Positions 29,314-38,509 of a stretch of DNA of 64,000 nucleotides are shown one piece after another. The position numbers were made by a program, and so were the translations under genes. Each line of letters begins with the position of its first letter. Position 1 is the first letter of the stretch. The notes under the pieces were generated by a model. The model searched no databases. It had not been told where the DNA came from and worked only from the letters and a program-made list of their open reading frames with translations. This DNA comes from an uncultured Verrucomicrobiota bacterium (GTDB taxonomy: Bacteria; Verrucomicrobiota; Kiritimatiellia; RFP12; UBA3636), in the NCBI GenBank assembly GCA_937911295.1, contig CALDQE010000073.1:22352-86351 (forward strand), in the 5' to 3' direction.

Positions 29314-29619
29314 AATATTTCCTCCATTTAAAGTAAAACAACAACATATTTACGCCATTTTCCAAAAATTATATCAAAAACAAAATTATGGTGCAACACC
29401 TATCAGGTGCATCTGAAATTTTGGTGAAAAGACAAACTAAATGTAAGGCCCTTTTGCGTTTGGTGTTACAAGGGCAATTAGACGGCGAGATGCTTGACGT
29501 TAGACGGTTTGACGATAAAATCTCTAAAAGTGAAAAGATTAACGACCTTAATCTTTCAACGTCTGATTGTCTAGCGTCTATGTCATACTAAAATGCTTTC
29601 GCAAATAGAGTGCCCCGTG

Positions 29620-30441
29620 TTAAGCTCCAAAGACAACATCAAGTAGCATCATTACAAGGAAGCCAACAAGAATGCTTAGTGTTGCATCATGGTCATGATG
29701 TTGTGCATTCGCATGTGCTTCTGGAATCAACTCTTCAACAACTACATACATCATTGCACCCGCTGCAAATGCAAGCAACCATGGCATAATCGGAAGTATC
29801 CAAGCAGAAATAAGCACAACACCAATACCAAATATTGGTTCAACTATTCCAGAAAGTGCTCCCCATGCAAATGCCTTACGTTTGCTCAAACCCTCCTTGT
29901 AGAGAGGCAAGGAAACTGCTGCTCCCTCCGGAAAGTTCTGTAAACCCATTCCTATAGCCAGTGCAAATGCCCCTGCATAATTACCTGCGACTTCCCCTCC
30001 AATTTGTTGTGCTGCTACTGCATAAGATAAACCAACAGCCATCCCCTCTGGAATATTGTGAAGTGTTACCGCAAACATTAAAAGTGTTGAACGCTTAAAG
30101 CTTGATGGCAAGCCCTCTAACTCATTCTCCTCTGGGTGAAGATGTGGAAGAAGCTTGTCCAACAATAACATAAATGCAATACCTATCGCAAAACCTCCAA
30201 CTGCTGGAAGCCAACCCAATGCCTTACCAAAGCTCTCTTCCCCTGCCTCCAATGCAGGAATAAGCAATGACCAAACCGATGCCGCTATCATCACGCCTGC
30301 TGCAAAACCTAAAAATATTGTCTGACTTCTTGAGCTACGCTTCGGAAAAAGAAAAACCATTGCTGCCCCTGCAGCAGTCATCAAAAATACAAAGCCAGTG
30401 CCAATACAAGTTTTTATTAATGCATCTATCATAAAATTCAC
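29620..30441 (-). CDS. zupT: ZIP-family divalent metal transporter.
   Basis: Seen: HNIPEGMAVG and QNFPEGAAV ZIP signature helices. Confidence 0.8.
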   Translation of the reverse strand: MNFMIDALIKTCIGTGFVFLMTAAGAAMVFLFPKRSSRSQTIFLGFAAGVMIAASVWSLLIPALEAGEESFGKALGWLPAVGGFAIGIAFMLLLDKLLPHLHPEENELEGLPSSFKRSTLLMFAVTLHNIPEGMAVGLSYAVAAQQIGGEVAGNYAGAFALAIGMGLQNFPEGAAVSLPLYKEGLSKRKAFAWGALSGIVEPIFGIGVVLISAWILPIMPWLLAFAAGAMMYVVVEELIPEAHANAQHHDHDATLSILVGFLVMMLLDVVFGA

Positions 30442-30449
30442 TTTTTAGA

Positions 30450-31574
30450 TTAGTTACCCTTCTTAATTAAATATACACCTAAACCTAAACAAATAAATAT
30501 TGGGAATAAAACAATAATATGTGCAAATTGGCTTAAATGTTCAACAAGAGAATTTGCTAAAATAATGAATAAATAAAAACTTAATCCAACTCCTAAACTT
30601 AATACAAGGCCAAACCACGTCTCTTTTCTATGCTGCTGAATTCCTAGCGGCGTACCTATCAATACAAAGCACACACAAGCAAGTGCTAAAGTAATACGGC
30701 TATATATTTCAACACGAGACCGGCAAATATTTTTTAGCTTTCCCTTGTCTGTACTAGGGAATAATTCAAAAAGCTCAATATCTGCGGCTAGCTGCCATGA
30801 TGGCTTATCCTTTGGTCGGCGTGTAGGTGCCTTATTCCTTCTTTTTTCATCCTTAAAAAATAATTTAAAAGGCATACTCTTTGCGGTAACACTTGTCATA
30901 TCCTTTGTGTCTTCAGCAGAGAAGGTTTTTATCACTACATCATTCAAATCAATATGTAGAACACTATTGTTTTCCTCAGAGGTCATAATAGCAGTGCTTG
31001 CTGTTAGCTCTCGATATGAATTGCTATCATTATCCATTGGCTCAACAATGCGCACATCTGTTAAATGATTCTTATTACGCTTCTTTACAAAAATAGAAAT
31101 ACCTGTACCAAATTTTTCATTTGTTATGGTTTTACCTGGCTCAATTAGTGCAGCGACCTCATTTACACCTATAGCATTTCTACTAAGCTTTCGTGAATAT
31201 GAGCTCTCTGGAGAAATTGTATTGTTTATATATAAACAGCAAACCGAAAGAAATAGTGCTATCAATAGTGGCATACGCATAATATCAAATAGACTGACAC
31301 CACATGCACGCATTGCCATAATTTCACTATCTGAAGAAAGCTTACCAAATACAAGCAACGAGCTAACAAGCAATGCAAAAGGAATTGTCCAAGATAGTGT
31401 ATAAGGAAATCCTCCTAAAATAAATTTCAACACAATCTCAGCAGAAGCACCACGTGAAATTAAATTTACAGCTTTAAAAATCAATCCTATTGACAAAATA
31501 AAGCTTAAAACAACTAGTGCCATAAAGAAGGTGACTAAAAATTGTTTAGAAATATATTTATGGAGGGTATTCAT
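30450..31574 (-). CDS. LptF/LptG-family (YjgP/YjgQ) LPS-export permease.
   Basis: Seen: N-terminal block YI.KQFL.TFF..L.VL plus 6-TM architecture with a periplasmic beta-jellyroll insert. Confidence 0.65.
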   Translation of the reverse strand: MNTLHKYISKQFLVTFFMALVVLSFILSIGLIFKAVNLISRGASAEIVLKFILGGFPYTLSWTIPFALLVSSLLVFGKLSSDSEIMAMRACGVSLFDIMRMPLLIALFLSVCCLYINNTISPESSYSRKLSRNAIGVNEVAALIEPGKTITNEKFGTGISIFVKKRNKNHLTDVRIVEPMDNDSNSYRELTASTAIMTSEENNSVLHIDLNDVVIKTFSAEDTKDMTSVTAKSMPFKLFFKDEKRRNKAPTRRPKDKPSWQLAADIELFELFPSTDKGKLKNICRSRVEIYSRITLALACVCFVLIGTPLGIQQHRKETWFGLVLSLGVGLSFYLFIILANSLVEHLSQFAHIIVLFPIFICLGLGVYLIKKGN

Positions 31575-31680
31575 TTGTTATTATTATGAATAAAAAAGGC
31601 GGTGGCACATATTTCAGCACCCCGCCAATCAAGTTTTAAAGTTTATTCAGTTTTAATAATTGCTGAATAATGCAGGTAGA

Positions 31681-33285
31681 CTATTTAGTAGGGTTTGTAT
31701 ATTTCTCTTTACCATTGATACCAGTAATATAAACCTCAACGCGACGATTCTCTAGGTTGCCATTCACCGGATCATTTTCTACCTTTGGATGTCTAAAGCC
31801 ATAGCCAACATATTTTAGACTTTGAGCAGGAACACCCCTAGCAATTAGGTAATCATATACAGCCTTAGCACGGCTAGTAGAAAGCTTTTCATTATGGCTG
31901 CGGCTAGACTTTGCACGCTTATCTGCATGACCTTCAATAATAGCTGTTGAACCTGGATTATCAAGCATAGCCTTTGCTACCTTATCGATTTGGGCAAAGA
32001 ATTCTGGCTTGATAATAGAAGCATCTGTATCAAAGTTAATCTTTAGCTCAAACATAAGAACATCATCGCTCTTTACTAGAGGCTCTGTCTGGTCATAAAT
32101 GACCTCATGACCATCGCGAACACCACCCTTATCAGTATCTGGGTCACGTGGATTTGTCTTATAATCAATTACCTCAGCACCGTCAGAAAGGAAATCCCAA
32201 TCTGAGTCTGGATTTAAAGGGTCTGTATTATGCTTTTTAACTTCCTCACCATCTGTTAGACCATCATTATCTGAATCCTTAACTAGAGGGTATGTTTGGT
32301 GAGTGAAAACCTCTTCACCATCCTTTAGACCATCGCCATCAGTATCTGGGTTATTAGGATCTGTCTCAGTTTTAATAACCTCTTCACCATCTGTTAAGCC
32401 ATCGCCATCAGTATCTTTGTTTAGAGGATTTGTTCTATACTTTTTAACTTCATCACCATCGATTAAGCCATCGCCATCTGTATCAGCAACAAGAGGATTT
32501 GTTTTATACTTTAGCACTTCCTCGCCATCTGTTAGGCCATCATTATCTGAATCTGGGTCATTAGGATCTGTTTTGTAGATATCCATTTCATCGATATCTG
32601 ATAGACCATCGCCATCGGAATCTGTCAAAAGTGAGAATGTTGGGTCTTGAGCAATCTTATCTGCACCCCAGCGCCATACAACGCCGACATCAGCTGTCAT
32701 ATTAAATTCTGTATTATAACCAGCTAGGTTAATACGAGCATCAGCACGTAGGCTCCATGTGTCGCTTAGGTGATACATGATACCGCCACCGCCACGAATA
32801 GTCATGCTTGTAGCACCATCGCCAGTGATATCTTCGCCATAGAGGGTAACACCTGCACCAAAGGTTAGATATGGGTCAAGGCGCTCTAGACGAGTAAAGT
32901 GGAACAATGCATCTACATAGAATTGAGCCATATAAGTGCTATCAAAGTATTTATCTCCCTTAGAGTATGAATTACCTTGAGGCATATCAATCCAGTTGCC
33001 ATTTTCGTCTTTACCAACATTACCACCAATATTTTCATCTAGAGACGGAGCGAAGATAACACTGCCTTCAATGGTCCACCACTCATTATATTCATATCCT
33101 AGACGACCAGTAATGAACATACCATCCTTAAGACCTTCATCTCCTTCAAAGTTGGCAAAACCGATACCAGGGCTAAAATACCATTTACCAAACTCTTTTT
33201 CTTCTTGAACATCTGCATTATCAGCAAATGCTGGCATAGCTAGCATAGCTGTGAGAGCTATGAATGATAAAGCTAACTTTTTCAC
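31681..33285 (-). CDS. OmpA-family outer-membrane protein with ~10 thrombospondin type-3 calcium-binding repeats between the N-terminal barrel and the C-terminal OmpA domain.
   Basis: Seen: signal peptide, repeated D.D.DGL.DG.E(V) units (aa ~200-390, nt ~32100-32690), and C-terminal OmpA motifs (GHAD...NRRVEV). Confidence 0.75.
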   Translation of the reverse strand: MKKLALSFIALTAMLAMPAFADNADVQEEKEFGKWYFSPGIGFANFEGDEGLKDGMFITGRLGYEYNEWWTIEGSVIFAPSLDENIGGNVGKDENGNWIDMPQGNSYSKGDKYFDSTYMAQFYVDALFHFTRLERLDPYLTFGAGVTLYGEDITGDGATSMTIRGGGGIMYHLSDTWSLRADARINLAGYNTEFNMTADVGVVWRWGADKIAQDPTFSLLTDSDGDGLSDIDEMDIYKTDPNDPDSDNDGLTDGEEVLKYKTNPLVADTDGDGLIDGDEVKKYRTNPLNKDTDGDGLTDGEEVIKTETDPNNPDTDGDGLKDGEEVFTHQTYPLVKDSDNDGLTDGEEVKKHNTDPLNPDSDWDFLSDGAEVIDYKTNPRDPDTDKGGVRDGHEVIYDQTEPLVKSDDVLMFELKINFDTDASIIKPEFFAQIDKVAKAMLDNPGSTAIIEGHADKRAKSSRSHNEKLSTSRAKAVYDYLIARGVPAQSLKYVGYGFRHPKVENDPVNGNLENRRVEVYITGINGKEKYTNPTK

Positions 33286-33629
33286 TAATTATTCCTCCGA
33301 AATGATTCGAATTGTTTGTGTTAATATATGTTTCAATTTAATTTCAACTTAGATGTAATTTATTTTAACATATTATTATAAAAACATTCAAGAAAAAGTT
33401 TAAATTTGGGCAATATTCAGGGGTGTAGCTGTGTTTTTTTCATATTCAGTCTCAAATATAGCATTTGAATACTAATCCAGATTGTGTAATGGCTAAAAGT
33501 ACGAGATTGAACTCGTAAATAACAAATGTAATCCAAACTTCATTGTTGAACCAAATTATGTTGACTCAAAAAATTTGGTTTGATATTCTTAAAATAGTTT
33601 TTTACTTAATCAAAAAAAGGCTATATTCT

Positions 33630-34289
33630 ATGAAAATTCAACCTAATCAAAAATTCTTGCTTATTGGTGACTCTGTAACTGATATGGGACGAGCCCAACC
33701 CATTGGACAAGGTCTATTTAACCCACATGGAACAGGTTATCCAAATGTTGTACATGGTCTATTAACTAGTGTTTACCCAGATTATTTTATAAATGTAGTC
33801 AATATGGGCATAAGTGGAAATAATGTCACAAATCTTGAGGAGCGTTGGGAGCGTGATGTTATTGCACAAAAACCTGATTGGGTTTCTATTATGATTGGTA
33901 TAAATGATGTATGGCGCCAATTTGATGTTCCTCAGCTACCTAATAATGCCGTACCTCCTGAGCTATTTCGTTCAACACTTACAAAATTAGTTCAGCAGAC
34001 AAAACCTTTGGTAAAAGGTTTGATCCTAATGACACCTGTATATTGGGAAAGTAACAAGCAAGATGCTATGGCAGCTCGTGTAGCAGAGTACCAGCAAATC
34101 ATTAAGGAAATTGCTGAAGCAGAGGATGTCATTTTCTGTGATGCACAAGCCTATGCTGATAGAGTATTACAGCATTGTCATTCCTGTTACATAACATGGG
34201 ATAGAGTCCATCCAAATATTCCTGGTGCTAATATTCTTGCACATGCATTATTGGATACAATAGAATTTGATTGGAACCGCAAGTGTTAA
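33630..34289 (+). CDS. SGNH/GDSL hydrolase-family esterase.
   Basis: Seen: FLLIGDSVTD (catalytic Ser block), GISGN, C-terminal DRVHP. The ATG at 33630 carries an AAAAAGG RBS. One of only three plus-strand genes. Confidence 0.65.
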   Translation: MKIQPNQKFLLIGDSVTDMGRAQPIGQGLFNPHGTGYPNVVHGLLTSVYPDYFINVVNMGISGNNVTNLEERWERDVIAQKPDWVSIMIGINDVWRQFDVPQLPNNAVPPELFRSTLTKLVQQTKPLVKGLILMTPVYWESNKQDAMAARVAEYQQIIKEIAEAEDVIFCDAQAYADRVLQHCHSCYITWDRVHPNIPGANILAHALLDTIEFDWNRKC

Positions 34290-34580
34290 TCACTAACGCT
34301 CCAGCCCTTAGTGAAATGAGGAGCACACGGAGTGTGATTTCCTGGTGAAAGTTTCTTTGTGAGGTTGGGGACAGAGCCCCAACCCTACGATATAATATTT
34401 CTTTACCACTGAGGGTGGGGAAGCCGCCCGGTGTTTTTGGGGCGAGCGGTGCACTAGCCTGCAATAGCAAAGCAGTGCGCCGTCTAGCTTACGACTTTGG
34501 TGCGACAGCACTCGCCTGCCGTACGCGGAAATTATAATAGCATAAGTGTATTTAAATCATCCGTGTAGGGCATCCGTGTT
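34290..34580. other. GC-rich structured intergenic island, a candidate small RNA of unknown class, with ACACGGAG and two CATCCGTGT copies.
   Basis: Seen: perfect hairpin GGTTGGGG-acagag-CCCCAACC (34363-34384). Further stems (CGCCC...GGGCG, CTGC...GCAG). Composition clearly GC-richer than the flanks. Lies in a convergent 3'/3' gap. Confidence 0.25.
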
Positions 34581-35557
34581 CAGGCGGCAGTACAAATTAG
34601 TGTCAACCCAGCAATACATACACTTATTGCAACTAATTGAATTAGCCTTAATCTTTCTTTTAATAACAATACACTCATTATTGTAAAAAAGACAATGCAT
34701 GAGCCAACCATAAGAGGATAACACATTCCTCCTCTGCCCTGCTCTGCCATTACATCCATTCCAGGATAAAAAAGTGTGTAAGCAAAAATTAAGCTGAAAA
34801 ATTGCAACGCAAACACATATTTCCAAAGCATTATATTTTTCATATTAGAAAAAATCTTCTGCTTAAACTCAGGAGTCATTTTAAGTGTGTTGTATATAAT
34901 TGAACCAAGCAATGTGCCACCAGCTACACATAATGCTCGAACTATACTTGATACTGCTTTTGTTTCTTCATAATAAGAAGGCCATACCATTAAATTTTGT
35001 TGCACTGAAACAATCGCAAAGCAAATGAATGCGTAAAGCTTCCAAAGATTGCCACCCTTGCTTTCATTATTTTTTGTAAACACAAATAATACAAGTGCAA
35101 CTAATAAACAAACTATTCCAATACCACGAAGCCAAGTATATTCTACTACTTTAAAAAGAACAATGCTACAAATAAATGGAGATACACAGCCAGATTGAAT
35201 AATCGACCAAATTACTCCATTAGGTCCAGTCTGCATAGCCTTTGACATAAATTGGAGCATATAAAAATTCATAAATCCTGCAAGCATAAAAGAACTGCAT
35301 GCAAGCAATGCCATTTTATTACCAACTCCTGTTTCCCAGGAATCTGTAACACCAGCGATAATTAAGCTAACTATCACACTTACAAATCCACCAAAAAATT
35401 GAACAAGACTTGTATCTACTCCACGCTTTGGTGCATCGCCCATCACTAGTCCAACCAAGCACCAAGAGCCACCAACTAATACCAATGCAATAATACCAAA
35501 TGCAAGGCTATTAAAAAATGATATTGTACTTGCTAAAACAAAAATTTCTTGAACCAT
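34580..35557 (-). CDS. Polytopic membrane protein (~10 TM), putative transporter.
   Basis: Seen: hydrophobic helices throughout. No confident family assignment. Confidence 0.4.
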   Translation of the reverse strand: MVQEIFVLASTISFFNSLAFGIIALVLVGGSWCLVGLVMGDAPKRGVDTSLVQFFGGFVSVIVSLIIAGVTDSWETGVGNKMALLACSSFMLAGFMNFYMLQFMSKAMQTGPNGVIWSIIQSGCVSPFICSIVLFKVVEYTWLRGIGIVCLLVALVLFVFTKNNESKGGNLWKLYAFICFAIVSVQQNLMVWPSYYEETKAVSSIVRALCVAGGTLLGSIIYNTLKMTPEFKQKIFSNMKNIMLWKYVFALQFFSLIFAYTLFYPGMDVMAEQGRGGMCYPLMVGSCIVFFTIMSVLLLKERLRLIQLVAISVCIAGLTLICTAA

Positions 35558-35680
35558 AAAATTATCTTTCGTATGTTAAAATACAAGCAGAATGCTAACA
35601 TCCATAATAAGCTCACGCCAATACTTGTGTTATTCGTTATTCCTTATAACTCATTTAACCCAACAAAAATTCTATTATTA

Positions 35681-36982
35681 TTAATTTGTTAATACGGTCT
35701 CATCAAGTAAAAATTTTTCAATCCCAATATACAAAATTCCATATTCATCGTACCATGGAATAATATCATCCTTTATTACAACAATTTTCTTAAATGAATC
35801 TGGTATTCTTTTTAACGAATTTATCTCTTGTTGTCTTTTTTCTTCATTTGCTACTGATAATGCAGATTGTATATAATATCTTTGATTACCTGAATTAGCT
35901 ATAAAATCTATTTCAAATTGAGTACGTTGACTTCTGTTCAGATGGTCTTTATAATTATATTCTACAATTCCAACATCAACATCGAATCCCCTAACGATTA
36001 ATTCATTATAAATAATATTTTCCATTATATGGTTTTCTTCTGTTTGCCTGAAATTTATTAAAGCATTTCTAAGTCCTATATCTGAAAAATAATACTTAAT
36101 TGGAGTATGAATATATTTTTTTCCTTTCACATCATATCGATTTGCTTTATTTAAAATAAATGCATCAATAAAATAATCTATGTATAAAGAAATTGTGGAA
36201 GGTGATATCTCTAATTTTTTCTCACTTTTGAAGGTGTTAGATAGTTTGTTAGGATTTGTAAGTGAGCCTATATTTGATGCTAAAATATTAAGAATATCTT
36301 CTAAGACTTCTTTATTACCTCTTAATTTGCATCTTTCTATTACATCACTAATGTAAGTCTGTGAAAATAAGTTTTTTAAATATTTACTTTTTTCTTGATG
36401 AGTTGTTAACGATAAAAGGAATGGCATTCCACCATAGACGAAATACTGATTCCAACAATCCTTTTTATCTCCTTGATACGCATCACAAAATTCTTTATAT
36501 GTTAACGGATTTACTTTTATTTCATCACTTCTCCCCTTAAATTCTGTTAAAATATCGGTAGAAAGCATTTTAGAATTGCTTCCTGTGACATAAATATCTA
36601 CATTCTGCAATTTCATAAGCCCTAAAAGAACGGGAACAAAACCAATTTTATCTTCAGCATTTAGAATATACGGATTCTGTGTTTCAACGACGAGCTGGAC
36701 TTCATCAATAAACACATACAATTTTTCTCCGTTTTTTGAGACCTTTTCTCTTATGAATTTATCTAATTCAAATGGATTTCTATATTTTATATTAGAAACA
36801 TCATCTAATGAAATTTTTACAATATTTTCATCTAAAATTCCAATAGAATTTAGGTATTCATTATATAATTCAAACAATAGAATTGATTTTCCACATCTAC
36901 GTATACCAGTTATAACTTTAATAAGACCATTATCTTTTTTAGAAATCAGTTTATCTAGATACAAATTTCTTTTAAACAGCAT
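35681..36982 (-). CDS. AAA+ ATPase of the COG1373 family (AAA_14 plus DUF4143 domain). The gene is markedly AT-rich.
   Basis: Seen: Walker A GIRRCGKS, Walker B VFIDEVQ, and a C-terminal DUF4143-like region. GC content is visibly lower than in neighbouring genes. Confidence 0.65.
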   Translation of the reverse strand: MLFKRNLYLDKLISKKDNGLIKVITGIRRCGKSILLFELYNEYLNSIGILDENIVKISLDDVSNIKYRNPFELDKFIREKVSKNGEKLYVFIDEVQLVVETQNPYILNAEDKIGFVPVLLGLMKLQNVDIYVTGSNSKMLSTDILTEFKGRSDEIKVNPLTYKEFCDAYQGDKKDCWNQYFVYGGMPFLLSLTTHQEKSKYLKNLFSQTYISDVIERCKLRGNKEVLEDILNILASNIGSLTNPNKLSNTFKSEKKLEISPSTISLYIDYFIDAFILNKANRYDVKGKKYIHTPIKYYFSDIGLRNALINFRQTEENHIMENIIYNELIVRGFDVDVGIVEYNYKDHLNRSQRTQFEIDFIANSGNQRYYIQSALSVANEEKRQQEINSLKRIPDSFKKIVVIKDDIIPWYDEYGILYIGIEKFLLDETVLTN

Positions 36983-36996
36983 AATAAATCTCCTTA

Positions 36997-37104
36997 TATT
37001 TTTGCGTATATACGCATTTTTTCACTTATTACCTAAATTTATATCATTATTTTCTTTTTGTGTCAACCTTCTATTTAAAATTTTTGCGTATATACGCAAT
37101 TTTA
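36997..37104. promoter_or_regulatory. Two copies of a 22-bp element, TTTTTGCGTATATACGCA(T/A)TTT, each containing the perfect palindrome GCGTATATACGC. They lie upstream of the AAA+ ATPase gene.
   Basis: Seen directly at 37004-37015 and 37086-37097. Confidence 0.35.
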
Positions 37105-37307
37105 TAAGATAATATATTTTGGGTGATTGTTTCTTAAGTATCAAAGAGACACATCTACCATTTTCGCTGCGAAATCCTGCAACCATTCAATAGAAATGAA
37201 CTTCTCTAGCTTTCCTTCTGACGCAAACAAAAATGTAGCCGCATTTTTTGACTTGGAATAATTAGTGCTCTCCTTGCTGTTTATAAAACTAATGCAATAT
37301 TTAGGAC

Positions 37308-37341
37308 AAAAAAACGTCCACTATTTGTTGGACGCTTTTTT
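37308..37341. terminator. Rho-independent (bidirectional) terminator downstream of the aspC stop.
   Basis: Seen: A7 run, CGTCCA-ctatttgt-TGGACG stem, T6 run. Confidence 0.6.
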
Positions 37342-37345
37342 ATTG

Positions 37346-38509
37346 TTATCGCTTAATTGAATCGCAGAATTCCTTGAAGCGACGCATGCCCTCTTCAATT
37401 TCTTCTAAGCTACAAGCATAGCTAAAGCGAAGATTATCCCGTGAACCAAAGGAAACACCTGGCACTGCAGCAACATGCTTCTCTTCTATGAGCTTTGCTG
37501 CAAAGTCACGTGACTTCATTCCAAAGGCAGAAATGTTAGGGAACATATAGAATGCACCCATTGGACGCTGACATACAATTCCATCAATCTGAGAGAGTAG
37601 CTCATACATACGTAGGTTGCGCTCCTCAAATGCCTTTAGCATAGGCTGAATTGCCTCTTCGCCATTTTCTAATGCTTCAATAGCTGCACATTGAGCAAAG
37701 GTTGTTGGAGCAGATGCTAGATGGCTCTGAACTGTTGACATTGCCTTAATAATCTCGAGCGGACCAGCTGCATAGCCAAGGCGCCAACCTGTCATTGCGT
37801 AGGCCTTTGATAAACCATTGATGGTAATGGTGCGATCGTAGAAATCTGAAGAGAGAGAAGCGATGCTTATGTGCTTTGTGCCACCATAAACCATGCGTTC
37901 ATACATTTCATCGGAAACAATCCATACATTATGCTTTACACAAACCTCACCAAATGCACGTAACTCATCCTCTGAATATACAAGCCCTGTTGGGTTAGAT
38001 GGACTATTAAGAACAAATGCTTTTGTCTTTGGTGTAATTGCTGCTTCCAGCATTTCCGGTGTTAATTTAAAGCCCTTTGAATCTTCTCCCTTAACAAATA
38101 CAGGCACACCACCAGCAAGGCGAACCATCTCTGGATAGCTTAACCAATAAGGCGAAGGTATTATTACTTCATCACCTGGATTTAACAATGCAATAAAAGC
38201 CATTGTTAAGGATTGCTTACCACCGGAGCTTATTATTACTTGATTTGCGGTATACTCAAGAGAATTTGCTCTCTTAAGCTTTCGGGCTACAGCCTCACAC
38301 AAATCTGGTAAGCCTTTTGCAGCAGTATATTTTGTTTTACCAGCATGTAATGCATCAATACATGCATTTGTGATGCATTCCGGTGTCGCAAAATCTGGCT
38401 CACCAGCAGCAAAATTGCAGACATGATAGCCTTCTGCGGCTAGTTGCTTTGCCTTTGCGGAAATCGCAAGGGTAGCAGATGGTTGAATTTCTTCTAAGGT
38501 CTTATTCAT
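37346..38509 (-). CDS. aspC: Aspartate/aromatic aminotransferase, class I.
   Basis: Seen: class-I aminotransferase blocks (GEPDF, SGGKQ, NPSNPTG, SKAYAMTGWRLGY). The ATG at 38507-38509 overlaps the ndk stop. Confidence 0.8.
   Translation of the reverse strand: MNKTLEEIQPSATLAISAKAKQLAAEGYHVCNFAAGEPDFATPECITNACIDALHAGKTKYTAAKGLPDLCEAVARKLKRANSLEYTANQVIISSGGKQSLTMAFIALLNPGDEVIIPSPYWLSYPEMVRLAGGVPVFVKGEDSKGFKLTPEMLEAAITPKTKAFVLNSPSNPTGLVYSEDELRAFGEVCVKHNVWIVSDEMYERMVYGGTKHISIASLSSDFYDRTITINGLSKAYAMTGWRLGYAAGPLEIIKAMSTVQSHLASAPTTFAQCAAIEALENGEEAIQPMLKAFEERNLRMYELLSQIDGIVCQRPMGAFYMFPNISAFGMKSRDFAAKLIEEKHVAAVPGVSFGSRDNLRFSYACSLEEIEEGMRRFKEFCDSIKR

Noticed and set aside
34290-34580. Possible cobalamin riboswitch (CCACTG...GGGAAGCC resembles the B12 box)
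   Set aside because: There is no gene downstream on the plus strand, and the region is the 3' side of both flanking genes. Other conserved cobalamin-riboswitch helices could not be identified by eye. It is kept only as a generic candidate structured RNA.
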